From Escherichia phage vB_Eco_AL25, in sequence record OW991345: a DNA stretch of 64,000 nucleotides. One strand, written 5' to 3'. Under the pieces are notes generated by a model that did no database searches, was not told where the DNA came from, and was given only the letters and a program-made list of their open reading frames with translations. Of the stretch, positions 21,227-41,106 are shown piece after piece (the stretch's first letter is position 1; each line of letters begins with the position of its first letter). The position numbers were made by a program, and so were the translations under genes.

Positions 21227-22444
21227 TTATAGGCCGTTCAGCCGAGGTAGTTTCATAAAGTCCTCGTCACTCATTGCAAGAGGATTAACAAGGACTTCTG
21301 TCTTACGCGGTGTAACCCGTGATGGGGATGCCGCTGCTGCCTGTTGAGTATTAGTGATTTCAGACTTAGGTGTTGCAACACGAGTTGCTACTGGCTGAAC
21401 CACTGGCTTAGGTTGTTCAACAGGTTTCTGCTTAATCAAATCATTAAAACCACCATTAGCAGCAAGGTAGTTACCGACTTGATTATAAGCATCCAGGAAT
21501 GCTGTACCGATTGGGATTTGGCCTAAGATTTTGAGTCGTTCAATTTCAGAAACAATACGGTCGTAAATACCGTTAGCTTTCTGTTCAACGATGGTATTAA
21601 CCAGACCACGATTTTCCAGCAATGCCTGTTTGCTGTGGTCATCCCACGTAGTCGAAATTAACTGAAGAGTAGCTTGTCCTTCTGGAGTGGATTTAGCATC
21701 TTCCAGTTCGGTTGCAAATGCTGCTTCAGCATCTGACACACGGTGATTACCAGCTTGGTATTTAACTTCCTCTTCTGGATTAATATCCAGAACATCAATA
21801 CCAGATTCTTTAATCAACTTCTTAATAGCATCAGGATTCCCTTTAACTAAGTCGATAGCATAAGAGAGTTGCCCTTCATCTAATAATCCGTTGTTTTCTA
21901 ACATCAGGAGATACTTACGATACGGCTGAATCTCCTGCATTTTACGGGTATAGTTAGCTCCCATTTGCATCAGGCTAATGACCTCTTCAGGACTCTGAGG
22001 AGTAATCATTTTGCCGTTAGCTTTAAACGGAGCCATTATCCGTTCATAACCAGCCTTATAGTCGAAGTCAGTTTTCTGGTCTGATACCTGCTTGTCTTCT
22101 TCTACTTTTGCTTGGCCTTGCTCAGTAGTAGAAGGTGCATTATCAGTAGCAGGCTTACTGTTGCTGTCAACCTTATTTGGGTCAACTGTAGCACTATCAT
22201 TACCAGTTGTGAATGCATCTGAATTGCTTTCTGATTCAGAAGTATTTTCTACTTCAGTTGGTTCAGTAGTTACTTCTGGTTCATCAGTTTGTTCAACTTC
22301 AACAATTGGGTCTGGTTGTGCAGGAGTATTATTTTCTACCGGTTCCGGGTTGTTCTGAATGCTTGATGGACCAGGCATGTTCAGAATCTCTTCATCCGAC
22401 ATTTTAAAAATGTCGGAAGCTGTTTTTGCAGCTTCCGTAGTCAT
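21227..22444 (-). CDS. putative scaffolding protein (acidic, 405 aa)
   Basis: Highly acidic low-complexity N-terminal half; position between portal and capsid genes. Confidence 0.4.
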   Translation of the reverse strand: MTTEAAKTASDIFKMSDEEILNMPGPSSIQNNPEPVENNTPAQPDPIVEVEQTDEPEVTTEPTEVENTSESESNSDAFTTGNDSATVDPNKVDSNSKPATDNAPSTTEQGQAKVEEDKQVSDQKTDFDYKAGYERIMAPFKANGKMITPQSPEEVISLMQMGANYTRKMQEIQPYRKYLLMLENNGLLDEGQLSYAIDLVKGNPDAIKKLIKESGIDVLDINPEEEVKYQAGNHRVSDAEAAFATELEDAKSTPEGQATLQLISTTWDDHSKQALLENRGLVNTIVEQKANGIYDRIVSEIERLKILGQIPIGTAFLDAYNQVGNYLAANGGFNDLIKQKPVEQPKPVVQPVATRVATPKSEITNTQQAAAASPSRVTPRKTEVLVNPLAMSDEDFMKLPRLNGL

Positions 22445-22469
22445 GGGAGTATCTCCGAGTTAGGATTAA

Positions 22470-22817
22470 TTAAACTTCTTCAGGTTCACCACGAGCAACA
22501 TCCAATGCATTCTCAATATCTGATTGGACACCTACCAGTGTTTCTGCTTTCTGAAGAGTAATTTCCAGGTAACGTTTTAAACAACCAGCAGCTTGAGCCA
22601 TAGCAAGAGCATCAGCACGTTGACGGTCTTCAAGCAATGGGTCACAGGATTCTTGTACGTAACGAGCACAGTCTACAGTACAGAATTGCTCAAGAATTAC
22701 TTTACGGAAAAGGGAATTACCCATCAGCTTACGAACATCTTCTGCATAAGCACGAGCAGCTTTAATACCCTTCAGTTGATGTTCCAGTCCTTCAATTTCT
22801 TTTTCTTTGCTGTACAT
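22470..22817 (-). CDS. hypothetical head-morphogenesis protein, 115 aa
   Basis: ORF between portal and scaffold genes. Confidence 0.45.
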   Translation of the reverse strand: MYSKEKEIEGLEHQLKGIKAARAYAEDVRKLMGNSLFRKVILEQFCTVDCARYVQESCDPLLEDRQRADALAMAQAAGCLKRYLEITLQKAETLVGVQSDIENALDVARGEPEEV

Positions 22818-22819
22818 AA

Positions 22820-25603
<2,784 letters not shown>

Positions 25604-25623
<20 letters not shown>

Positions 25624-26230
25624 TACACCTCTCCAGAGGGACATTACCAATACGATTAGCAATCCATCCTGTAGTGTACTCAGGCATATTAAGAGATAAA
25701 TAGTAGTTTAACTGTTTACCATCTAGAGACTTCAAAATGAGCTTACAGGCTTCTACTTTGCCTCGTTTATTCTGAAGGCTTTTATATGCACTTAGAGTTC
25801 CATAACCGACTTTACCATCAACTTGTATTTTAGGGTAGTCTTTGCCATTTCTGGAGAAAGCATTAAGAGATTCTTGTAACCAACGAGATGGTCTTGCAGG
25901 TCCAGTATTAACACCAGCATCTACTAGTTTTTCTGTTACCGCTGGTGATACATCTGCAAACTTAACAAAGCCAGGCTTCAAGATGTAATCGTTGTAATAA
26001 ATACTTGATGCCATTTCCTGAGTTAAGTTCTTCATTGAACCATCCCAGTTATACATCGACTCTAGTTCTTGCTTATGCTTTTGAGCAACCTGAATAGTTA
26101 CACCATGATTAGTTTCACCTCCTGGGTCTTTGGGGTCATTAACGTATCCACCCTCAACAGCAAATACAGCAGCAATGATTGCTGCAATAACCCCTCCAAC
26201 ACCGCCAACCTTCTTCTTACTTATTGCCAC
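25604..26230 (-). CDS. SAR endolysin, glycoside hydrolase family 108-like lysozyme (GTG start)
   Basis: EGGYVNDPKDPGGETNHGVT motif preceded by Gly/Ala-rich signal-anchor (VGGVGGVIAAIIAAVFAV); strong RBS AAGGAGG. Confidence 0.75.
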
Positions 26231-26480
26231 ACCAATCCTCCTTTGGTTTCAAACGAACCAGTCGGCAAATAATATTCAGCACAAAGAGTGCTATAGCAAT
26301 GTTATTGCCATGTGGAATATCTTTGAGGATATGTTGGGGTAATGCAGAGAAAGAACTGGATAAGACATCCACACAAGAGAAGAACAATATTGCTAATGTG
26401 CTAATCTGAATAGATGCCCATTTCCAACAACGTTTCCAATTAGGAACCATTTCTACATGTTTGGTTAACTTGCGAACCAT
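26217..26480 (-). CDS. putative holin (two TM domains, 87 aa from internal ATG)
   Basis: Two hydrophobic segments; RBS GGGAG 8 nt before ATG at 26480; directly upstream of endolysin. Confidence 0.4.
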   Translation of the reverse strand: MVRKLTKHVEMVPNWKRCWKWASIQISTLAILFFSCVDVLSSSFSALPQHILKDIPHGNNIAIALFVLNIICRLVRLKPKEDWCGNK

Positions 26481-26797
26481 GCAAAAATCTCCCGTCTGGC
26501 AGCAGCCAGTATACCAATAATGATACCCGCTCCAGCCCATACCCATTTACCAAACAATCCAGCACCAACAACTTTGTGTTTGATGGTAATGAACTCTTCA
26601 ATAGTAGGGGCAGACTCAGCCAGAGACTTTTCTACATTCTCTAGTCGAGTGTCCATCTTATTAATAGACAGTTGAAGGTTACGTACAGCATCATCTAAAT
26701 CTTGCCGAGATTTAGCATCACGGGCATTATTTTCGAAGAGTGTCTTCATACGTTCCTCCATTCGAGCTAGGAGCACCTCTACGGATTCATGACTCAT
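26465..26797 (-). CDS. membrane protein with C-terminal TM helix (holin or antiholin candidate), 110 aa
   Basis: Soluble coiled-coil-like N-terminus then VVGAGLFGKWVWAGAGIIIGILAAA; first gene of lysis cluster. Confidence 0.4.
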   Translation of the reverse strand: MSHESVEVLLARMEERMKTLFENNARDAKSRQDLDDAVRNLQLSINKMDTRLENVEKSLAESAPTIEEFITIKHKVVGAGLFGKWVWAGAGIIIGILAAARREIFAWFAS

Positions 26798-26805
26798 GCT
26801 AAATC

Positions 26806-26834
26806 CTTATCGAAAAAGCCGGGTATCCCCGGCT
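26806..26834 (-). terminator. rho-independent terminator
   Basis: GCCGGG-TATC-CCCGGC followed on the minus strand by TTTTTCGAT. Confidence 0.55.
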
Positions 26835-26900
26835 CTGTTAGTCCTAATGAACAGAGAGTGTGTTTATACACCCGTCAAATAGTACCGATATTTACTAGTA

Positions 26901-28157
<1,257 letters not shown>

Positions 28158-28186
28158 TTAATACCCCCATTGCTGGGGGTTCCTTG

Positions 28187-34760
<6,574 letters not shown>

Positions 34761-36395
34761 TCACACGATATATGAAGAGAGTGGGTTAACACTTCCAGTA
34801 TCATCACCATCATCCCACAATGGGTCACCTGATGTATTAACTGGAACCATACCTGCTTGTGGTTTCCACGGGTTCAGGTAGCCAAGCATTGAAATGGTAT
34901 CAATACAGTCATCCTTACCTTTAAGACCATTGATAGTGGCTAAACGAATTTGCCCCATAAAGAGTGTCATGATTGGGCTATCTTTCATCTCAGCAGGAAA
35001 ATACATCTTACCAGCTTTGAACCAGGGAACCACGAGGTTAAACCTTGATAGCTTACTGGTTACAGGATGAATACCCGGTTGGCCTCCACGACTGGATGCA
35101 AAGTTAAAGAACACATTACGGTTAAGCATTTCCTTCTGAAGAAGAGAAATAAAACCACCTTGCTGTCCAGTAGTTTCTACACCAACTTGTTGTGGTTGAT
35201 ATTCCTGAACCAGACGGAATAAGTCATCAAAGTTCTTATCCATAGTTTGACGGCAAGCAATACCATCTACCCAGAACCAGTCACCGTTAGAACCATATGC
35301 CCATACTGATATTACAGAGTAGTCAGATACCTGCTTCTCGCTGGTAGCAAAGTCAGTGGTGATATAGAAGTTATAACAAGAACGGAGACGTAATAGCTGC
35401 GTACGGGAATACCATTTAATCTCTGAATCTTGAATCAGCCGTTCATCTTCAGAACTGATACGTAACATCAGTTCCTGATAAAAGGATGCCAGCTTACCAG
35501 TCTTCAATGCCATCTGGTATTGGTCATTGATGTAGTCATAGGAGAAACGGTCTTCCCAAGCACCTTGAAATTCTTCTCGCGTACATGGGAATTTCTCACA
35601 TACAGGCCATACGTTGACATCCCAAGCACCAGATTCAACTGCTTCAATAAGAATATCTTCCTTATTAAAGGGAGTACCATTAAAGATTACCTTACGTCTT
35701 GTTGGGTCAAGAGCATGGTTCACACCCTTATATACCGTGTCTTTAATGGCTTCCATTGATGTACGTGAGCGAGCATCATCATCACTAACTAAGTCATCCA
35801 GTACACAAAGAACAGGACGTTTACCAAAAATCTTAGTACCACGAAGACCTGTCTTAGCACCAAACATCTTCACACCAAGACGGTGACCTTCAGCATTTAC
35901 AAACTCAAGGTAGTTATCTGTGAAGGTAGCTTTAGGAATCCATTGTTGCAGGAATGGTGAATTGTTGTATCGAAACTCAATGTTCTTACGGGCAGACTTA
36001 ACACCGTTATCCATAGAGTCAGATACATAAATCATTCCCTCTACTTTACCCAAGCTAGGTAGATGCCCAAACACCGCTAAGAACAGAGTAAAGTATTCCA
36101 TGAACAAAGTTGTCTTTGCTGCACCACGGAAACATAAGTTAGCAATGTACTGATTCTTACTGGTTATCTTATCCAGCATCTTTAAGTGAACAGGAGGGGT
36201 TTTGTTTGATTCCCCCTCCTTACCATTAACCAGCTTAATAAAGTTAGCAAAGGTCAGTGCAAACTCAGTTGGTATATACGTAGGGGTATTCAGAACGGAA
36301 TAGTCCACTTGGTCTAGCCATTCATCCAACTCCTGTTTAATTAGTTCAGACATCAATAATATCCTCGTCTTCTCGAACCAGTGTGGAACCTGCAA
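34761..36395 (-). CDS. terminase large subunit, 544 aa
   Basis: Walker A-like RGAAKTT and Walker B-like VLCVLDDLVSDDD; size and position. Confidence 0.8.
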   Translation of the reverse strand: MQVPHWFEKTRILLMSELIKQELDEWLDQVDYSVLNTPTYIPTEFALTFANFIKLVNGKEGESNKTPPVHLKMLDKITSKNQYIANLCFRGAAKTTLFMEYFTLFLAVFGHLPSLGKVEGMIYVSDSMDNGVKSARKNIEFRYNNSPFLQQWIPKATFTDNYLEFVNAEGHRLGVKMFGAKTGLRGTKIFGKRPVLCVLDDLVSDDDARSRTSMEAIKDTVYKGVNHALDPTRRKVIFNGTPFNKEDILIEAVESGAWDVNVWPVCEKFPCTREEFQGAWEDRFSYDYINDQYQMALKTGKLASFYQELMLRISSEDERLIQDSEIKWYSRTQLLRLRSCYNFYITTDFATSEKQVSDYSVISVWAYGSNGDWFWVDGIACRQTMDKNFDDLFRLVQEYQPQQVGVETTGQQGGFISLLQKEMLNRNVFFNFASSRGGQPGIHPVTSKLSRFNLVVPWFKAGKMYFPAEMKDSPIMTLFMGQIRLATINGLKGKDDCIDTISMLGYLNPWKPQAGMVPVNTSGDPLWDDGDDTGSVNPLSSYIV

Positions 36396-37038
36396 TTACT
36401 TTAGTAGGTGTACCGGCTTCAATAGCTGCTTTCTGAGCCTCAGCCAACTGGGTTAGTGTGTTCTTGAGTTCAGTCAATCCAGAGTTTTCTCTCAAATCCA
36501 GATTGATATTAGTAACAGCATCCTTCGGTTTCTGGAGGTGAGTAAGGATAGAGTTGGCAGCATCACACTGTACCTTCTCACTGGTAGCATTCTTCATGAG
36601 CCATGCCTGATGGTTCAATGCTTCCTGAAACAAATCCTGATTAACAATCCATACTGGAATCAGTGATTGTTCCATAATGAGGTTTACTAACTTACCTCTA
36701 TGGTAAGCAGATACATAAGCAGAGATGTCCTTCTCACTGGTTCCCCTTGCTACTAATTCAGCTTGTCTGTTGGGGAATGTTTTGAAGTAAGCATCTTTGT
36801 TGCTATACCCCATGTGTTTGTAAGTAACATATTGAACAGCATTAAGGTAATCCTGGGTCTTAAACTTCCCATCCTTCATCACCCCAGCATAAGTCACAAA
36901 GTTATTTCTAATTTGCTCTGCTGCTGTCTGGTCTTGGGTCACATTGTTAATCATGTTTACCAGTTGGTCAGTAACACTGCTTTTAAACTGGGGAGGCAAT
37001 GCAGAAACAATGTCTTTCTTCGTCAGTAGTGTGCTCAT
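36346..37038 (-). CDS. putative terminase small subunit / first late gene, 230 aa
   Basis: Directly upstream of and overlapping terminase large subunit by 50 nt; RBS AGGAAG. Confidence 0.4.
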   Translation of the reverse strand: MSTLLTKKDIVSALPPQFKSSVTDQLVNMINNVTQDQTAAEQIRNNFVTYAGVMKDGKFKTQDYLNAVQYVTYKHMGYSNKDAYFKTFPNRQAELVARGTSEKDISAYVSAYHRGKLVNLIMEQSLIPVWIVNQDLFQEALNHQAWLMKNATSEKVQCDAANSILTHLQKPKDAVTNINLDLRENSGLTELKNTLTQLAEAQKAAIEAGTPTKVIAGSTLVREDEDIIDV

Positions 37039-37165
37039 AGTCTTCCTACAAATTATCTAGAGTGAAGAGGATTCTTTTCTTGGGGTTAGCACCCCTTGCA
37101 GAAACCTATACATAGATTTAGACTTTAGACTTTCTTTAGTCTCCTTACAATAGTAAGACAGAGAC

Positions 37166-37507
37166 ATGGGGAGCCTATTGCCCAAAGGAACCAGTAACAT
37201 GAGACTATTCTATAGTTTTGACGGTAATGACCAATGGAATGAGATAGACTTCAGTAAAATAGGTGGAGCTATCCCAGTTGGAGGGGCTATGCCAGGTGAC
37301 CATATCTTATGTCACGATGAGGAGTCTTTCCATTACATCTCAGGTATGATGTTAATCAATAACGTCACTGGGTTTACTGTCCATAAACCTGCACCAGTAC
37401 GTGTCATTACCAAGCCTATCGAGGGTCTTGCATTCTTTACAAGAATACCTCAAAGTATCTCTATCAAACGACAGCGTGACGCCATCGAGATGACCGTGGT
37501 TGCTTGA
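37166..37507 (+). CDS. hypothetical protein in the divergent junction, 113 aa
   Basis: ORF with plausible codon usage; weak RBS; overlapping minus-strand ORFs look spurious. Confidence 0.3.
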   Translation: MGSLLPKGTSNMRLFYSFDGNDQWNEIDFSKIGGAIPVGGAMPGDHILCHDEESFHYISGMMLINNVTGFTVHKPAPVRVITKPIEGLAFFTRIPQSISIKRQRDAIEMTVVA

Positions 37508-37670
37508 TAAGCCATTGCCCGCCCAGGAGTTGGTGGCGGGAAACAGGGAACTGTTTGAATAACCACTCCAGCTACATTCACCCATCTCCAAGACACCTTT
37601 GTTATCTGCCATTGGGTGATGAGTAGTATCAGAGAGAACTGATTTAACAAACACACTCGGTATAGGAATT

Positions 37671-37699
37671 GGGAGCCAAATGGCTCCCTTTTTCTTTTA
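37671..37699 (+). terminator. rho-independent terminator just upstream of the first early gene
   Basis: GGGAGCC-AAAT-GGCTCCC followed by TTTTTCTTTT. Confidence 0.6.
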
Positions 37700-37717
37700 T
37701 GAACCAAGGAGTTCTAT

Positions 37718-38083
37718 ATGAACATTCGTCCTAATGAAGTCTATGGTATCAACCTAGAATACACTACAAACAAACCTGCTCTATTTCACTGTGGTTCCAC
37801 CAACCTATTCCATGCTATGTGTGGTAATACCAAACCTCTTTACTTACCCGAATCAGATGATACCCATGCCCTGCTAGGTAACTGGTTTTTAGAAGGTAAA
37901 GACATTAGTACCATTCTCCTTGAACCAAGGAAGAAAGTAGCAATACCTACTAATGCATGGAATAACGAAGTCATTTACTTCCTCGCACCTGAAGGCTTTG
38001 AACCAGTGATAGAACAGAATCACTTTAATCATGCAGTTACTTTCTACTTCAGAGAGACTTCAAAGTTATCTGCTTATAAATAA
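37718..38083 (+). CDS. early hypothetical protein, 121 aa
   Basis: RBS AAGGAG 7 nt upstream. Confidence 0.6.
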   Translation: MNIRPNEVYGINLEYTTNKPALFHCGSTNLFHAMCGNTKPLYLPESDDTHALLGNWFLEGKDISTILLEPRKKVAIPTNAWNNEVIYFLAPEGFEPVIEQNHFNHAVTFYFRETSKLSAYK

Positions 38084-38091
38084 GGAAAGCT

Positions 38092-38220
38092 ATGTGGTAT
38101 ATAACAGTTAAAGGTTTACCCGAACCAGTGATGATAGATAGCCTAGCCTTCGTAGAAGTAGGTCATCCTATTCTTATAGAAGGTAAGTTGTATGAAGTTG
38201 TTAGTATTTATAAGAGATAA
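38092..38220 (+). CDS. small early protein, 42 aa
   Basis: RBS AGGAAA directly upstream; below ORF-track cutoff. Confidence 0.3.
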   Translation: MWYITVKGLPEPVMIDSLAFVEVGHPILIEGKLYEVVSIYKR

Positions 38221-38379
38221 ATAGGAAGTCTATTAGATAGATACCCTATAATTTTTTCTTAGTGAAAATAGTCATAGTTACTTATGAGTTCAGTATTTGG
38301 TGGGGCTACACCCCTTACACCATAAGCACCCCCCCCCCTGTCTTTACTAGTGTAGCCTTAGCCTACCCCACCTTGTACA

Positions 38380-38412
38380 CGTTACACGTTGCTTCGCAAC
38401 TTATGGACATGT
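38380..38412 (+). promoter_or_regulatory. N4 vRNAP-type hairpin promoter (5-bp stem, 3-nt loop; template loop GAA)
   Basis: GTTGC-TTC-GCAAC followed by TTATGGAC; same architecture as the other two hairpins. Confidence 0.6.
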
Positions 38413-38451
38413 TGTCCGTATCTTATCAATCAACTATTGGAGACTAATACT

Positions 38452-38778
38452 ATGACTACTCAGGCTAACGTTCGTATGACTGTAGGAACTCTGTTGGGTA
38501 CTGTTAACGAAGCAGCAACTACTGTAGCTGATACATTCGGTACTGCTACTAAAGCAGTAGGTATGCTTAATCGTTATGTAACTAAACAAGCAGATAAACA
38601 AATCATTCGTGACAAATTAGAAATGCATGAGTTTACCAATAAACTTATTGAAGAAACTGCAATGCAAGAAGCTATTCGTCAGAAACAAATCTTAGACTTC
38701 TGCAAAGATGAACAAAACAAAGAATTGTTCTCTAATGCCTATGACCGTCTTAGCAAAATCTTAGCAGACTCTAAATAA
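38452..38778 (+). CDS. early hypothetical protein, 108 aa
   Basis: RBS GGAGA; internal ATG chosen because the longer ORF begins inside the promoter hairpin. Confidence 0.55.
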   Translation: MTTQANVRMTVGTLLGTVNEAATTVADTFGTATKAVGMLNRYVTKQADKQIIRDKLEMHEFTNKLIEETAMQEAIRQKQILDFCKDEQNKELFSNAYDRLSKILADSK

Positions 38779-38849
38779 CAACAAACAAATGGAGGCTCCT
38801 CGGAGTCTCCTTTTACATAGAACCGATAGTTCAATAACTATCTACTTTA

Positions 38850-38880
38850 AAGATAAGAAGCTCCGCTTCTTTTGGATGAA
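38850..38880 (+). promoter_or_regulatory. N4 vRNAP-type hairpin promoter, P2-like (7-bp stem, 3-nt loop; template reads AAGAAGCGGAGCTTCTT)
   Basis: AAGAAGC-TCC-GCTTCTT followed by TTGGATG; the reverse complement matches the N4 P2 core as I recall it. Confidence 0.7.
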
Positions 38881-38991
38881 GTAATGCATCCAATCCTGTA
38901 TGAAATCTTAACCTTTTGTCTGGGATTACTTACCGACAAAGTAGTCTCAACTAATCAAAATCAACTATCTGGAGAGTACAAAATGGCTATC

Positions 38992-39369
38992 ACTACTTTT
39001 GCTAAAACCTTTGGTCAGGCTTCTACTAAAACCGAATCCAACAATGGTTCTCGTCCGAAAGCTCAGTTCTGGATTAACGTTGGCTATGTAGCTAATGAAG
39101 GCACTGAAGATGAACGTTTCATCTCTCTGCCTACTGGTATTCCACTGGATACTCAGGAGCATCTGCCAACCAATTCCTCTAACGAAGACTTCCGTGCAAT
39201 GCGTTGTGCACAGAACGATTTGTTAGACCAACTGATGGAATTTGCTAAGACTCTGGAACCAGGTCAGGAAGGAGTTATCTCACTGCAAGTTCAACTTCGT
39301 CGAGTTAAAGAAGAAGCTCCTGCTATCTCAGCAAGTGAGAATAAATATGCTCGTAAACTGACTTTTTAA
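38992..39369 (+). CDS. early hypothetical protein, 125 aa
   Basis: RBS GGAGAG 6 nt upstream of ATG; the TTG start at 38872 in the ORF track lies inside the promoter. Confidence 0.55.
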
Positions 39370-39377
39370 TCTCTATA

Positions 39378-39405
39378 GGACTACCTTCGGGTAGTCCTTT
39401 TTAAT
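39378..39405 (+). terminator. rho-independent terminator
   Basis: GGACTACC-TTCG-GGTAGTCC followed by TTTTT. Confidence 0.65.
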
Positions 39406-39511
39406 TTTAACTATCTAAATACTAAAGTAGAGATTTTGACCCTTTTCGACGAAGGGATACTAAAAAGTAATGGATAGTTTGAGCAGATGTTTTAGAAGAA
39501 GGAGTATACAG

Positions 39512-39826
39512 ATGCATCCTCTTATAAAACGATTCCTGATGGACTATCAGGAGTGGTTAGATAATGGAGCCAGTGAACCTCATTACCTGTTTGATAGGGG
39601 TAGTGGACTGTGTGTTCAACTAGGCAAATATCTTAGAAGACAGCCAATCAGTGAAGAAACAGTAGATACTCTGTGTAAGAGCTTTACTCATTTACTTCCT
39701 GATAATGATACCAATCTACCATTCAATGTAGATGTTCTCGACTACATGATGGAATGTTCTGATGGAAGATGTCATCTGAACCAAAGTCGAATTAATTGGA
39801 TAAAGAGTCAGTTGGAGAGTAAGTAA
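39512..39826 (+). CDS. early hypothetical protein, 104 aa
   Basis: RBS GAAGGAG before internal ATG. Confidence 0.5.
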   Translation: MHPLIKRFLMDYQEWLDNGASEPHYLFDRGSGLCVQLGKYLRRQPISEETVDTLCKSFTHLLPDNDTNLPFNVDVLDYMMECSDGRCHLNQSRINWIKSQLESK

Positions 39827-39829
39827 ATT

Positions 39830-40267
39830 ATGTCATATGAAATTGTAAAACATTGGACTTCTAAGGCTGGGCTGAAGGCTTGGGTATTGCTGGTAAATGG
39901 TGGTAGTCATCATTGCGGTTACGTAGAAATACCTGAAGCATTACTGGATAAAAACTTCTATGACTATATCTGTGATGATGAAGAAACACTTCATATTGCA
40001 GTACATGGTGGAGTTACCTATCAAGGTGTTCCTCAGTGGGCTGATGGGATTAAAGTCATAGGTTATGACTGTGCTCATGCAGGGGATAAACTGAAATGTC
40101 CTAAACAATTCATTGGCTCTCTTAGGGAGAGACTCTATGAGGATTCTTATGGAGTATGGCGAGATGAAGAATACTGCATCAATGAATGTGAAAGCATGGC
40201 AGACCAGTTAATTAACCTGATACCAAAATTAGGGTTTAACGATGAAATTCAGAACAGTAATGGTTAA
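39830..40267 (+). CDS. early hypothetical protein with His/Cys-rich blocks, 145 aa
   Basis: GGSHHCGYVEIP, HGGVTY, GYDCAHAGD blocks; product unknown. Confidence 0.55.
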   Translation: MSYEIVKHWTSKAGLKAWVLLVNGGSHHCGYVEIPEALLDKNFYDYICDDEETLHIAVHGGVTYQGVPQWADGIKVIGYDCAHAGDKLKCPKQFIGSLRERLYEDSYGVWRDEEYCINECESMADQLINLIPKLGFNDEIQNSNG

Positions 40268-40439
40268 TGCTCTTGATACCAGGGGTAATGAAATCATTAG
40301 CTATAAAGTGCAAGGCTTTAAATGGTTCAAATGGAAAACATTAACTAGCTTTAAAGAATTTGAGAAAGATAAAGCTATTAAGTTAACCAAGAAATTGAAC
40401 CAACGTAAGAAGATTAAATTAGTTACTGTAATTAAATAA
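40242..40439 (+). CDS. early hypothetical basic protein, 65 aa
   Basis: ORF overlapping previous gene end. Confidence 0.4.
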   Translation: MKFRTVMVNALDTRGNEIISYKVQGFKWFKWKTLTSFKEFEKDKAIKLTKKLNQRKKIKLVTVIK

Positions 40440-40449
40440 GGATAAGGCA

Positions 40450-40608
40450 ATGCGTAAATCACTAATCATGGGAACCAAAGAAGACGTTGCTAAGATGAAA
40501 GCTAAACGTCAGATGAATAAAGCAGTAACGTTTGCAGAACGTTATAGTACGTCTGAACCAGTACGTCGTATTGTTACTTTCAACCATCCAGCTATTAAGG
40601 GTATGTAA
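40450..40608 (+). CDS. small early protein, 52 aa
   Basis: RBS AAGGATAAGG; stop overlaps next start (TAATG). Confidence 0.4.
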   Translation: MRKSLIMGTKEDVAKMKAKRQMNKAVTFAERYSTSEPVRRIVTFNHPAIKGM

Positions 40609-40817
40609 TGCAAACTAAAGATAAGAAAGACTTAGAACGTCTTCTCCGTGTATATGGTGATTATGCATTGTTAGCAGAGATAACTAATATTATCGAAGAA
40701 GACTGTCGTAACGGTTATGCCAATAACCCACAAGCAATAATTCATCGTGATGCAGTAGTGCTTAGAGAAGCAGTCAGTAAGATGCAAGCATTACATCCAT
40801 TAAGACAGCGAGCATAA
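40608..40817 (+). CDS. early hypothetical protein, 69 aa
   Basis: Translationally coupled to upstream ORF. Confidence 0.5.
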   Translation: MQTKDKKDLERLLRVYGDYALLAEITNIIEEDCRNGYANNPQAIIHRDAVVLREAVSKMQALHPLRQRA

Positions 40818-40890
40818 ATAGGAGGGGGCTACTAAGCCCTCTTCTTATTTTTATCGTGGTTATTAAGCAACTATCTTAGAGGAAGGAATA

Positions 40891-41106
40891 ATGGAACAGT
40901 TAAACTACGGTTATAAGATTAAACGCAATCAAGTAAGAGGTTCTTGGTTATTTCTCGTTTATGGTAAACCAATCTATGAATTACATCGTGGAGAGAAATC
41001 CAAGACCTATTACGTAACTCATATTGCTACAGGAAAAACTCCTGCATGTGCAGGATTGCTTCGTGATGCAATTATGAAAGCATGTATGTTAGAAGGACTT
41101 CTATGA
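40891..41106 (+). CDS. early hypothetical protein, 71 aa
   Basis: RBS GGAAGGAATA upstream. Confidence 0.5.
   Translation: MEQLNYGYKIKRNQVRGSWLFLVYGKPIYELHRGEKSKTYYVTHIATGKTPACAGLLRDAIMKACMLEGLL

Noticed and set aside
37352-37707. Minus-strand ORFs 37352-37654 and 37450-37707 in the divergent junction
   Set aside because: Trp/Cys-rich odd composition, mutually overlapping, and the second runs through the plus-strand terminator
38872-38991. TTG start at 38872 for the ORF ending at 39369
   Set aside because: It lies inside the hairpin promoter and its transcript start; the ATG at 38992 with a GGAGAG site is downstream of the likely start
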